Shown in pieces: positions 24,690-38,659 of a DNA stretch of 64,000 bases. Source of the stretch: Mytilus californianus (Eukaryota); the NCBI RefSeq assembly GCF_021869535.1, contig NW_026262582.1, positions 45,570,001 to 45,634,000 of the forward strand, written 5' to 3'. Position numbers and translations under genes: made by a program. Under the pieces are notes generated by a model. The model had not been told where the DNA came from, did no database searches, and worked only from the letters and a program-made list of their open reading frames with translations. Position 1 is the stretch's first letter. Every line of letters starts with the position of its first letter.

Positions 24690-26560
24690 AGGGCCCAAAA
24701 ATGACTAGTGTAAAACCATTCAAATAGGAAAACCTATAAACCTAATCAACAAACGACAACAACTGAACATCAGGTTCCTGACTAAGGACAGGTGCAAACA
24801 AATGCAGTGGGTTTAAACGTTTTAATAGGTGCCAACCTTCCTTCACCTTAACCTGAAACAATAGTATAACATCACAAGATAGAACGACACACTATAAAGT
24901 ATCAATTGAAATGGCTTAACTCAATCAAAAGACATATGAACAAAAACAAGTGAACATACACTAAAAGAATAAATTTGATCTATGACACAATGTCAACATG
25001 GTCAATACAAAGTTGATAAAAAAGGGGGTGAGATGTAAAACAATATCAGAAAGATAACCAAAACCTTGGACAAAATGCCGCCATATAAAATAACGTACAC
25101 AGGTAACTAACAATAATTTTGTTGTAAGGTATACATGGCTAAGTACGGAAATATTGTTTACAAAATAAATAATTTTTTTGTTCATAGTACGAGAACAGAA
25201 GTGAAAATTTATCGTCATACCAAACACTTATCAAAGGTGGTATATATTAAAAATAGTGAGACGAAATATAACATTAACATTATTAAGTAAGTAAACATTA
25301 AATAACAAACCTGCATTACAAATTGTATCAACAGGTCAAATTAACACAAAAGTACGATTTGAGAGAACTCGCAGTTACTGAAGGCTAGTTAAAAGCCAAA
25401 CACAATTAATGATAAAAAATCATGCATCAGACTTTAAATCAACTGAAACACATCCCAGGGATTTAGTGTTTTAACGTCATGGACAGTCAAAGAAGACATG
25501 ACTTGCGCAATGCCAAAATAAAAGTATCGACAGGCAGTAGGATAGTTAGGAGTTTACCTTTTAATAAATATGTATAATGTTATACATAGATAAAGTAATC
25601 TCTATATAGAAAATGAACGTGGATGTTTATTTATACTTCCCAAAAAACCGTTTGAAAAGAATACAAATTTAGTTATGTTTTAATTTGCTGATGACAAAAT
25701 CGATATTTGTGCCAATGTAAATATATTCAAAGATCTATTTACAAAATTGGTAAGATAACCTTAACTAATAAGTTTGTTTAAAGGTTCGATGAGTTTACAC
25801 ATAGTGATTTCCGCGCTTTTAGTACAATATTACCGTAAAATTTAAGATGTGAAATTCCGTTTTCAATAAGTTTTCTACAGGTGCAGCCAAATTTACTAAT
25901 CAAATCTTTGTTTCTATGAAAGAATTTAGTAAAAGTTTTAAGTAATTTATGGTAACGAAATCCCTGACTTACCAGTGATGCATTGATTACGTTCGATTAA
26001 ATCTATGACATCACTACACACACGGGCATAACGAGCGAGTTGGGATATATAAACACCGTATGATGGAGCCAAAGGAACATCGCCGTCAAAAAAAGGAAAA
26101 TTAACAATAGGGAATGAAAAATCGTCTCTTTTGTCGTAACTTTTAGTATGGAGTCTCCCTTTAGAAATTGAAATGTCTAAATCTAGAAAAGGACTGTGTT
26201 TGCTTGCACCAAACCCACCCCCTTTTAAACCTGGGACAGTAGTGTAACATTAAACAAGCTATTAAAATCAGTTGAAAAGTGCTTAACTCATTAGATCGAT
26301 ACAGAGTAGATAAAACAACCAGCGAGAAAAAAAACACAGACCGGATTTGGCAGGGAATTTGTAAATCCCTCACACACAAACAAAAACACAAAGTACAGAT
26401 CTAAGAGGTCTCACAGTACTGGCAGCTAGTTCAAAGCCAAAAACCACTCATCGAAAATCATGTTTCTAAGACAGTATAAATTTTGAAATCAGTTATTTGT
26501 TAAACGTAGACAAATTGTTAATCACAACAAAAAGAGAAATTTTAAACACAATGCCATGCT
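24690..26560 (-). mobile_element. Unit-B copy of the truncated Penelope-like element (RT at ~25775-26198)
   Basis: Near-identical to 10590-12440. YGVYISQL is intact here, but there is an 8-bp deletion near 25968. Confidence 0.8.
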
Positions 26561-26605
26561 TGTGTAGGTGTATAAAAAGCAAACAAATCAAACTTATCAA
26601 AGCTA

Positions 26606-29600
26606 CAGATGGGTGCGGTCCTAACCTTGACAAAAGTTAACTTGGAGCAGACTTGTTGACTGCTTTCTAAGTTAACTTGAGAATTTTTAAGCAGACAAGC
26701 AAGTTAACTTCGTCGTTGGTAGACCAGACCTACGGTCTGCTTTTTTAGGACTGCTGCAGACCTATCGACAAGTCTGCTCCAGACCAGACCTGTGGACAAG
26801 TCTGCTTTTAACCAGTCCTGTGGACAGGTCTGCTTCTGACCAGACCTGTGGACAAGTCTGCTATTGACCAGACCTGTCTGCTTATGACAGATTATCGTGT
26901 TTAAGAGTTTTCATATCAGACTTGAGCTTTAATTAAAATATGTAAACAATATTCGCATTGTTTTTCCCCACAGAGCAAATTTCTTTACCCGCTAGACTCT
27001 ACTAGATATTATACAAAATTCTTTTTTTTTATTTGATATATTCTTATATACATAAACAAAAATGGCTATACAATAAAATAGAGCTATCATAAAGGAAATG
27101 AGAGTTGGTTTTTATATTAGAAGGCGGATAGAAAGGTTATCCAACGCATCGGAACAATATTCTTATATCATGGGATATCAACATCATTGTCGACGTTGCT
27201 TCGTTCCCCGTTTTTACCTGTCTCTTTCTAAATTTTACTTTATGCATTTATTCATGCATGGATATTTCATTGTTATTCAACTTGTTTGCATTGGATTTAC
27301 TATTCTATTTTCCGCAGAATATTCTAAAGATAATTGTACAGTGTCCGGATACATAGTACGGTGTGGTAAAACTATCAACAATCTCGTCAAATTCGTCAGA
27401 TTTGTCGAGAGATTCAAAATGTCTTTGCCGATTAATTGATATATGGGAAGTCCCAAAATTATACTCAATGTGCACTTGAATGAAATAGTTGCCACTTGAC
27501 GTTTAACTACAAACAAAATTAATCAACCGACATAATAGATTAACAGTACACTATTCCCAGAAGAGAACCTCATACTTTTTTATTAAAAAGTACAAATGAA
27601 TTCAGACATGTCAGTGTTGGTACTTGGATGATGCGGCCTAGTAGTTTTGTTTTACACACCATCCTGAATTACTATCTCTAGTGACTGTTCAATATTATGA
27701 ATACAGAGATGAAATGCTGACACTCTCAATTTATGCGGAAAAAATTTTGCATTAATTGTTTTCCAATATTATTGCTTACATTTGCGGTCCTACTAAAATG
27801 TGCACAGGAGCGCCAGGAGAAGACATAAAGGCGCTAGGAACAATACTATGCGGGTACATAGATTTACAAATTAATGTGCACATATGGTCAGTTTTGGTTG
27901 AAACGGTCAAATAATTTTGTTGTACAAGTCAGCATGAGGTATCAAAACTACTGAAATTTTGTTACGTATCAATATTTTGAATAAAAGGTGGACATGCTGG
28001 CACCCTAAATTGATGCCAACAAAAATTTGATGTTATTGTATTGCAATATTGCTGTCCATTGTACATGTTGTATTATACATTGAATCTAGACATAATAAAT
28101 ATGGCTGATTTACTATGCGGGTATATAGATTTACAAATTAAAGTGCACATATGGTCAGTTTTGGTCGATGCGGTCAAATAATTTTGTTGTACAAGTCAGC
28201 ATGAGGTATCAAAACTACTGAAATTTTGTTACGTATCAATATTTTGAATAAAAGGAGGACATGCTGGCACCATAAATTTATGCGAACAAAAATTTGTTGT
28301 TATTGTATTGCAATATTGCTGTCCATTGTATTATACATTGAATCCTGACATAAAAAATATGGCTGATTTTCTATGCGGGTATATAGATTTACAAATTAAA
28401 GTGCACATATGGTCAGTTTTGGTAGATGCAGTCAAATAATTTTGTTGTACAAGTCAGCATGAGGTATCAAAACTACTGAAATTTTGTTGCATATCAATAT
28501 TTTGAATAAAAGGAGGACAGGCTGGCACCCTATATTTATGCGAACAAAAATTTGTTGTTATTGTATTGCAATATTGCTGTCCATTGTATTATACATTGAA
28601 TCCTGACATAAAAAATATGGCTGATTTACTATGCCAGTATATAAATTTACAAATTAAAGTGCACATATGGTCAGTTTTGGTAGATGCAGTCAAATAATTT
28701 TGTTGTACAAGTCAGCATGAGGTATCAAAACTACTAAAATGTTGTTACATATCAATATTTTGAATAAAAGGAGGACATGCTGGTACCCTAAGTTGATGCG
28801 AACAAAAATTTGTTGTTATTGTATTGCAATATTGCTGTCCATTGTACATGTTGTATTATACATTGAATCCTGACATAAAAAATTTGGCTGATTTACTATG
28901 CGGGTATATAGATTTACAAATTAAAGTGCACATATGGTTAGTTTTGGTCGATGCGGTCAAATAATTGTGTTGTACATGTCAGCATGAGGTATCAAAACTA
29001 CTGAAATTTTGTTACGTATCAATATTTTGAATAAAAGGAGGACATGCTGGCACCCTAAGATTATGCGAACAAAAAATGTGTTGTTATTGTATTGCAATAT
29101 TGCTGTCCATTGTATTATACATTGAATCCTGACATAAAAAATATGGCTGATTTACTATGCGGGTATATAGATTTACAAATTAAAGTGCACATATGGTCAG
29201 TTTTGGTCGATGCGGTCAAATAATTTTGTTGTACAAGTCAGCATGAGGTATCAAAACTACTGAAATTTTGTTACGTATCAATATTTTGAATAAAAGGAGG
29301 ACATGCTGGCACCCTGAATTGATGCGAACAAAAATTTGCTATTATTGTATTGCAATATTGCTGTCCATTGTATTATACATTGAATCCTGACATAAAAAAT
29401 ATGGCCGATTTACTATGCGGGTATATAGATTTACAAATTTAAGTGCTCATATGGTCAGTTTTGGTCGATGCGGTCAAATAATTTTGTTGTACAAGTCAGC
29501 ATGAGGTATCAAAATTACTGAAATTTTGTTACGTATCAATATTTTGAATACAAGGAGGACATGCTGGCACTCAATATTTATGCGAACAAAAATTTGTTGT

Positions 29601-32600
29601 TATTGTATTGCAATATTGCTGTCCATTGTATTATACATTGAATCCTGACATAAAAAATATGGCTGATTTACTATGCGGGTATATAGATTTGCAAATTAAA
29701 GTGCACATATGGTCAGTTTTGGTAGATGCAGTCATATAATTTTGTTGTACAAGTCAGCATGAGGTATCAAAACTACTGAAATTTTGTTGCATATCAATAT
29801 TTTAAATAAAAGGAGGACATGCTGGCACCCTTAATTTATGCGAACAAAAATTTGTTGTTATTGTATTGCAATATTGCTGTCCATTGTATCATACATTGAA
29901 TCCTGACATACAAAATATTGTCGATTTACTATGCGGGTATATAGATTTACAAATTAAAGTGCACATATGGTCAGTTTTGGTAGATGCGGTCAAATAATTT
30001 TGTTGTACAAGTCAGCATGAAGTATCAAACTACTGAAATTTTGTTACGTATCAATATTTTGAATAAAAGGTGGACATGCTGGCACCATAAATTTATGCCA
30101 ACAAAAATTTGATGTTATTGTATTGCAATATTGCTGTCCATTGTACATGTTGTATTTATTATACATTGAATCCTGACATAAAAAAAATATGGCTGATTTA
30201 CTATGCGGGTATATAGATTTACAAATTAAAGTGCACATATGGTCAGTTTTGGTAGATGCAGTCAAATAATTTTGTTGTACAAGTCAGCATGAGGTAACAA
30301 AACTACTAAAATTTTGTTACATATCAATATTTTGAATAAAAGGAAGACATGCTGGCACCCTAAATTTATGCGAACAAAAATTTGTTGTTATTGTATTGCA
30401 ATATTGCTGTCCATTGTATAATACATTAAATCCTGACATAATAAATATGGCTGATTTACTATGCGGGTATATAGATTTACAAATTAAAGTGCACATATGG
30501 TCAGTTTTGGTCGATGCGGTCAAATAATTTTGTTGTACAAGTCAGCATGAGGTATCAAAACTACTGAAATTTTGTTACGTATCAATATTTTGAATAAAAG
30601 GAGGACATGCTGGCACCATAAATTTATGCGAACAAAAATTTGTTGTTATTGTATTGCAATATTGCTGTCCATTGTATTATACATTGAATCCTGACATAAA
30701 AAATATGGCTGATTTACTATGCGGGTATATAGATTTGCAAATTAAAGTGCACATATGGTCAGTTTTGGTAGATGCAGTCAAATAATTTTGTTGTACAAGT
30801 CAGCATGAGGTATCAAAACTACTGAAATTTTGTTGCATATTAATATTTTGAATAAAAGGAGGACATGCTGGCACCCTAAATTTATGCGAACAAAAATTTG
30901 TTGTTATTGTATTGCAATATTGCTGTCCATTGTATAATACATTAAATTCTGAAATAATAAATATGGCTGATTTACTATGAGGGTATATAGATTTACAAAT
31001 TTAAGTGCACATATGGTCAGTATTGGTCGATGCGGTCAAATAATTTTGTTGTACAAGTCAGCATGAAGTATCAAAACTACTGAAATTTTGTTACGTATCA
31101 ATATTTTGAATAAAAGGTGGACATGCTGGCACCTAAATTGATGCCAACAAAAATTTGTTGTTATTGTATTGCAATATTGCTGTCCATTGTATTATACATT
31201 GAATCCTGACATACAAAATATTGTCGATTTACTATGCGGGTATATAGATTTACAAATTAAAGTGCACATATGGTCAGTTTTGGTAGATGCGGTCAAATAA
31301 TTTTGTTGTACAAGTCAGCATGAGGTATCAAAACTACTGAAATTTTGTTACATATCAATATTTTGAATAAAAGGAGGACATGCTGGCACCCTAAATTTAT
31401 GCGAACAAAAATTTGTTGTTATTGTATTGCAATATTGCTGTCCATTGTATAATACATTAAATCCTGAAATAATAAATATGGCTGATTTACTATTCGGGTA
31501 TATAGATTTACAAATTTAAGTGCACATATGGTCAGTATTGGTCGATGTTGTCAAATAATTTTGTTGTACAAGTCAGCATGAAGTATCAAAACTACTGAAA
31601 TTTTGTTAGGTATCAATGTTTTGATTAAAAGGTGGACATGCTGGCACCTTAAATTTATGCGAACAAAAATTTGTTGTTATTGTATTGCAATATTGCTGTC
31701 CATTGTATTATACATTGAATCCTGACATAAAAAATATGGCTGATTTACTATGCGGGTATATAGATTTACACATTAAAGTGCACATATGGTCAGTTTTGGT
31801 CGATGCGGTCAAATAATTTTGTTGTACAAGTCAGCATGAGCATGATGAGGTATCAAAACTACTGAAATTTTGTTATATATCAATATTTTAAATAAAAGGA
31901 GGACATGCTGGCACCCTGAATTGATGCGAACAAAAATTTGTTGTTATTGTATTGCAATATTGCTGTCCATTGTATAATACATTAAATCCTGAAATAATAA
32001 ATATGGCTGATTTACTATGCGGGTATATAGATTTACAAATTTAAGTGCACATATGGTCAGTATTGGTCGATGCGGTCAAATAATTTTGTTGTACAAGTCA
32101 GCATGAAGTATCAAAACTACTGAAATTTTGTTACGTATCAATATTTTAAATAAAAGGAGGACATGCTGGCACCCTAAATTTATGCGAACAAAAATTTGTT
32201 GTTATTGTATTGCAATATTGCTGTCCATTGTATTATACATTGAATCCTGACATAAAAAATATGGCTGATTTACTATGAGGGTATATAGATTTACAAATGA
32301 AAGTGCACATATGGTCAGTTTTGGTCGATGCGGTCAAATAATTTTGTTGTACAAGTCAGCATGAAGTATCAAAACTACTGAAATTTTGTTACGTATCAAT
32401 ATTTCAAATAAAAGGAGGACATGCTGGCACCCTGAATTTATGCGAACAAAAATTTGTTGTTATTGTATTGCAATATTGCTGTCCATTGTATTATACATTG
32501 AATCCTGACATAAATAATATGGCTGATTTACTATGCCAGTATATAGATTTACAAATTAAAGTGCACATATGGTCAGTTTTGGTTGATGCGGTCAAATAAT

Positions 32601-33819
32601 TTTGTTGTACAAGTCAGCATGAGGTATCAAAACTACTGAAATTTTGTTACGTATCAATATTTTGAATAAAAGGAGGACATAATGGCAACCTAAATTTATT
32701 CGAAAAAAAAATTGTTGTTATTGTATTTCAATATTGCTGTCATTTGTATTACACATTGAACCCCGACATAAAAATGTGGCTGATTTAATATGTGGGTATA
32801 TAGATTTACAAATTAAAGTGCACATATGGTCTGTGTTGGTCGATGCGGTCAAATAATTTTGTTGTACAAGTCAGCATGAGGTATCAAAACTACTGAAATT
32901 TTGTTACGTATCAATATTTTGAATAAAAGGAGGACATGCTGGCACCCTAAATTCATGCGAACAAAAATTTTAGTCATGTGTGTAAATGATGCTTTCATTT
33001 TGTATAATAAATTCTATCCTGAAATTAAAATATTGCTGATTGTGGCTACATAGATCAAGGACGTTTAACTAACAAGGACGTATAACTAACATCTAATATA
33101 CGTCCTTTCATAAATATACATAATAAAGTGCAAATATGGTTGAATTTGATAGGTATTGGAATATATATATTCAATGCCCGTTATCATTGTAACCAAGATC
33201 GTTTTTTAATTTATAGATTGGCAGATCACAGATAAATTTGTGTTACAAGCAACGTTTTATGTGTACTTTATTTTCAAATATTTATATTTAATCCTGTTTA
33301 TAAAATAACGGAAGTACTAATTTTACTTTATTTTCGATGTTTATACTACGAAACAAATTAAGATATTGAAAAATATTATTATAAAATCGATGTAGAGCGG
33401 TCCTAGTTACAAGTTAACTTAGTGTTGAGCAGACCAGTCAAAAGTTAACTTGGGAACAGGTCTGGTTTCGATCGAATTTGTCAAAGCAAAAGTTAACTTA
33501 TGTTAACTTTGTGGCAGGACTGGTTTCGAAGTTAACTTATGTTAACTTTAGGGCAGGACTAGTTTCGAAGTTAACTTATGTTAACTTATGACAGGACTGG
33601 TTCGAAGTTAACTTATATCAATAGCGGACCTGTTTCCAAGTTAACTTTTTGGCAGACATAAAAACAGTCCTATGACCAAGTCCGCTTTTCAAGTTAACAA
33701 GATTATGGTCCTAGGACTGGTCAGAGCAGTCCTAAATCCGGTCACAGGTTAACTTTGACCAGTCCAAATGACTGGTTATCAAGTTAACTTGCTGTACAGG
33801 TTAGGACTGCACCTATCTG
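26606..33819. mobile_element. 7.2-kb non-autonomous TIR DNA transposon with TA target-site duplication (Tc1/mariner-type ends)
   Basis: TA|cagatgggtgcggtcctaacct (26606-26627) ... aggttaggactgcacctatctg|TA (33798-33819); the TIRs match at 20/22. Subterminal arrays are rich in the aagttaactt palindrome. No transposase ORF. Confidence 0.85.
27844..32970. repeat. Satellite array, ~19.7 units of 258 bp
   Basis: Unit starts at 27844, 28111, 28369, 28627, 28894, 29153, 29411, 29669, 29927, 30199, 30457, 30715, 30973, 31230, 31488, 31746, 32013, 32271, 32529 and 32786. Confidence 0.97.
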
Positions 33820-34044
33820 TATCAAGAAAAGAAGACCGATTCGTGAGTAACCTTTGCATCTCTAGGAAACTTATATTAATCCATTTTTAGTAACTTGTAA
33901 TAAACCAACGAGGCACCCTTAAAAAGTATTAAAGCCAACACAGTTTAGTATATTCATTCAAATTGTTTGTTCACTCGAGTGAAATCTGTAGCCAGAAAAA
34001 AAAAGAAAGGTTAAGCAACAAACAATCAATCAATCAGTCAAACG

Positions 34045-34320
34045 CTGTAGCGTGCTTGCCCTGAGTGAGGGAAGTTATGGGTTCGATCCCAGGCCAAGTA
34101 AAACCAAATATTTGAAAATTGGTATTTGTTACTTTTCTGCTTAATACTAGGCATCTGGCAGTAAGAGCCCAGACTGTTCGGCTCGGAGTCAGAACAATGG
34201 CTCATGTCTTCCTGTGGTCTGTTTTCGTGTTATCTAGCATGTTAAAAATCTGGCTCAGGATGCCGGTATTGTAAAAACCAGGGTTCATATTCATATCACC
34301 ATCTAGTTTATGCCATGATT
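34045..34320 (+). mobile_element. tRNA-derived SINE, unit-B copy
   Basis: Paralog of 12645-12920; B-box ggttcgatccc. Confidence 0.6.
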
Positions 34321-34395
34321 TAACATTTTCTAATTTTATATTTAATGCATTCTTGAAGTTATTTTATGTCTCGTTATCTCAACTCGTCGTCGCCA

Positions 34396-34443
34396 TCAGC
34401 ACTTATCAATAACAGCTATTGCGTCAACCTCTAACTGCGCTCC
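34396..34443 (-). CDS. RIDA: RidA copy B, last exon (GAQLEVDAIAVIDKC*)
   Basis: Identical to copy A; ttttcag acceptor. Confidence 0.9.
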   Translation of the reverse strand, partial: GAQLEVDAIAVIDKC

Positions 34444-35540
34444 CTGAAAAATAAGGTTGACAAACTTTTAAATTATTGATTAAATATATATATATAAAAA
34501 TAAAATACTAACACCTGTCTAAAACATAAATTAACACAACTTTTTCTTATTTCATTAGACATACAAAACAAGCGGTACATGTATGCATATTGTTTGCCGT
34601 TTTCTTATTTTCATTCGTTACAAAAATGGTTGATTAATATGACTACAGTTGTAAGACCTAAATTGCAATCTTTGGAAATAGAATATCAAAAGTGCAAAAT
34701 GAACAAATCATAACACAAAGACAAAAAGTAAAAACCATTGAACAGAAAACCTCAGATTGACCACCAACAAGCTTACAAACAAAGGGGCGCCCCAGAATGG
34801 TTGACAATTGTCTGAGATAATAATTCGTTCCATAACAGATTGGTTGTCTTATTTTGTCAAAGCCTAGGGTGCTGCTAATCCATAAAGTATCGAGAATTGT
34901 AAGTTAAATCTACATTCATGACAACATAATCGTATAAATAAGTAATATGCCTTCCATTATCTATGTTTACTTAGGCTCATGTTTCCATCGACACCAATAC
35001 CTTGCACATCTATCTATTTATTATTATAGCACTATAAGAAAATGTACAGAGGACTTCACCAATATATCACAAGTCAGATTCGGACAACATTGGTCATTGA
35101 CTGTTTCGGAATCTAAAGGACTTTGGTTGATTAAATTGATCATACTGCAAAATGCAAATAACGTCACGTCATTATTTGAATTGCCATTGTTCAGGACGTA
35201 TTGAATCAATCCCGACGTTTTCATGGTTTTGGTGTACACTTTTGAGAATATTACCCAGAATGCATTAGATTCTGAAACGGCGAGTTATTGATAGGTTACC
35301 AATTGACATTTTACTTAATGGCTCATCATGATTTTGTAACATTTCAAAGACCGTGGTTGATAGAAACAAGAACCCTTAACAAATTTTGATGTACTAAGAT
35401 ATGCAGTAAAGGACGTCGTTTCAATCTTTTATACTTATTAGCCAAATTGTTCACATGAAACACAATTTCGTTGATAAGTCGGAAAGTCATCAATCAACTA
35501 CTTCAGCAATAACCTAAAAAATTAAGATACAATTACTTAC

Positions 35541-35596
35541 TATTGATATTGCTACTACTTGACAAGATGATCTAGCAGGGAAATTCTTTGGAAAGT
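35541..35596 (-). CDS. RIDA: RidA copy B, 56-bp exon (YFPKNFPARSSCQVVAISI)
   Basis: ttttcag|...|gtaagt; catalytic Arg present. Confidence 0.92.
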
Positions 35597-36428
35597 CTGA
35601 AAATTATACAATATTATAAAATACATACATAAGTAATAATCTTTAAATAAGTCACTACGACAACTCAAATCGTGACATATAACAAATCAACATACAAAAA
35701 AGAGGACAGTTTGTAATAAAATAGTTAAATAAAGACCCAAATGAGTTCAGTATTAAAATGAAAGTTTAAATTTCATTACTACGGGTAAAAATTACAATAC
35801 TTGAGGTGGCAAGGCATTCTTTATTTTCCGGGAACTAGGTTGCTCTTTTGTGTACTGAGATCAATGTATCAAAACACTGTGATTTGACAAAAAAAATAGC
35901 AACATTGTTTCCCAAGCTGAGGAATGAATCATTTGTAGAAAAATATGAAATAGTTTCCCATACAGGTGAAAATGAATTTTGGAGAATTTTTCTTTTTATT
36001 TTGTATTCACTGCATGATAAAAAAACAACCTAAAAGCACTATTGGCCTTTGGTTTGTAAAGAGAGCAGAAAAATAAACGATTATCATATCAAATTTGTTT
36101 CTGAATATTATAGTTAAAGTACTTCTGTTGACTGTGTATGCAGGTTCTGGGTCAGTGTTAGAACGTGGAGAAAATACTAAAAAGGCTATCATTATCTCTA
36201 TGACCACCGAATTGAAAAGATTATAGTCGTATGGATTGATCCCGCGGATTGTTTCCTCTTGGTTGAAATATTAAAAATGTATAAATGAGTAACCCGTATA
36301 ATCCAATCAGTATATTCCGCTAACTTCGATCACTCTTTTACCGAGAAATGATAATGGATACAGGGTGCTGAATTGTTCGAGTTAACTAATGAGTTACCTC
36401 ATATTCAAATTATAAACTTTACACTCAC

Positions 36429-36497
36429 ATTTCATATAGACTGCATTAAACGCAGAATACTCTCTTAAATCTGTCAGAAAAACTGTTACTTTGACAA
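36429..36497 (-). CDS. RIDA: RidA copy B, 69-bp exon (VVKVTVFLTDLREYSAFNAVYMK)
   Basis: tgtttcag|...|gtgagt. Confidence 0.92.
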
Positions 36498-37502
36498 CTG
36501 AAACATAGATAATACGGTTCTGATTTATGTATATAATTGTTGATTGTAATTTTCTTTCAATAGCAAAAGTATATTATCACATGTGTATTAATAAGACATT
36601 CATAAAAGAATTGAATTCACCCTCACATACATTGGAATACTTGCATGTACATACAGAATAATTCACTATCGATAATAATATGCTGGTATGTCTTAAATAA
36701 GATTAGTTTGTTTACTTATAGGAAATACATACACTAATAATGATACACTAAGTGTCAAACAATATTTCATAGTCACATTGTATGAAGGTCGGAGGGAGTG
36801 TCATCCCAATTTCCCGTAAAAATCAACGTTGAATACCAAATTCCGGAAGATTTAATCATACATTCCTTAGTCTCGATACGTGTATATCTTAAATTTCCAC
36901 AAAAGAATCCAAACGTCCCCGAAAAGGTCCTCCCGCTTCTCTTTAGTGCCTTCAAATATTTCATATTCATATTTCTATACTAGAAGAACTTACTAAGACA
37001 ACGGAAAACATGAATATAATAATTTTTCAATCTTAGTATTTAAATATATGTTGTATTTGATGATAATACATAACATATATAAAGGTGGAGACTAAACACG
37101 AATGCGGCCACTTACATTTTAGACAAAAACCATCTCAAAAGTGATGTTTTATGGCATATTTGATAGATTTTTTTCATATTTTTGCTTGCATTTGAGCGTC
37201 TTTAAATCCAAATCAGTTCAAATCTTTTACACAAACTAATTGAATCGACTGAAGTAGACACTGAAGTGTTTAAAAAATGTCAAAAATCTTTCATCGGATG
37301 TACTTCGAATCTTAGATCAAAACTAGCCCTTACCGGACCTTCTCCATTGATTTGTTCTCATCCTTAATGTCTATTAATATTTGCCACTGGGTGTTAAACA
37401 AGCAACAATAAGCAATTCATCAATCTATCCAAATAATTGATAAATATTACGTATGCCAGAAACGGAGTATAATTGATTTTTCAGTATATTTTCATTATTC
37501 TT

Positions 37503-37701
37503 NNNNNNNNNNNNNNNNNNNNNNNNNNNNNNNNNNNNNNNNNNNNNNNNNNNNNNNNNNNNNNNNNNNNNNNNNNNNNNNNNNNNNNNNNNNNNNNNNN
37601 NNNNNNNNNNNNNNNNNNNNNNNNNNNNNNNNNNNNNNNNNNNNNNNNNNNNNNNNNNNNNNNNNNNNNNNNNNNNNNNNNNNNNNNNNNNNNNNNNNNN
37701 N
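37503..37701. other. Assembly gap (N run)
   Basis: N characters; coincides with the (ATT)n microsatellite position in unit A. Confidence 1.
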
Positions 37702-37702
37702 C

Positions 37703-37757
37703 CATCCTTTAAACTACCACCAGCAGCCTCTAATATAGCACGAAAATTCTTGAATAT
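37703..37757 (-). CDS. RIDA: RidA copy B, 55-bp exon (IFKNFRAILEAAGGSLKD)
   Basis: Acceptor ttctacag. The donor runs into the gap and only its G is visible. Confidence 0.88.
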
Positions 37758-38449
37758 CTGTAGAATGAAACTTTTGTAACTAATTACGCCGCATTTAGAA
37801 ACGCTATGAAAATTTCAGTAGATGATAAAAGATGAAAACAATTGTATTGTGTTTTGGCTACTTCCTTTTAGCATAAGATTGAACTATTTTCTATTGTCTG
37901 TATGTGTATTAGTATGTGACAACTTTACGACTGACGTTTTGATCAGGTATCCAAGAGTTATACCATGTATACAGTGCTAATGCTCCAATACTTCGTCTGA
38001 AATTTAACCCCAAAACTCTGTTTACCTTTGCAAATATGTTTTCTTTACTCTGTTTTCCGTTCTTGATAACACTAGCAGAATTCAATGATTAATTCACACC
38101 TAACGATCACTCCATACACAAAATATTGTTGACCTATTGCTTATGGTAGAAAATGTATATAAGAAACAGATGTAATCAAGAAAACTTTACATTGCCAATA
38201 AAGAATTAAAAAGGAGATTAAGGTCAGAAGATACAAGCCAGACAGAAATGTACAGCTTACAATCATTCCATGCACCAACTATAGTTTACCTATTGCTTAA
38301 AGTATCTCGGAAACCATTGATTAAAGTGACTTAACCAGGAAAACTTAAAATTGACCAATAAACCTTGTAAATAGGGTCATGGTTAGATGAACCCTTCCAG
38401 ACAAAGTAGTTGTTGTATGGAATACATTTTCATAACGATTTGTGCTCAC

Positions 38450-38555
38450 CTGTTCAGTTTCAGGAATAAGACCACCTGGAACCAGTTGAAGTGTGACAGG
38501 GTCTACTCCTAATTGTCCAGACATGTATAGAGTATTTCCCGCCAAAACAGCTTGA
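38450..38555 (-). CDS. RIDA: RidA copy B, 106-bp exon (SQAVLAGNTLYMSGQLGVDPVTLQLVPGGLIPETEQ)
   Basis: tttgaag|...|gtgagc; one synonymous difference from copy A. Confidence 0.95.
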
Positions 38556-38659
38556 CTTCAAAAATTAAAACATTGAAATAAGTCATGAAAAGAAAACAAC
38601 AAAAGTACATATGTGTTTCAGAGTTGTCCACATGTCCAGCATTCTGCGACTAATAATAT

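Noticed and set aside
27844-32970. 258-bp satellite as a CRISPR array or coding repeat (258 is a multiple of 3)
   Set aside because: Whole units are near-identical with no unique spacers, there are no cas genes, the context is eukaryotic, and every frame is interrupted by stops.
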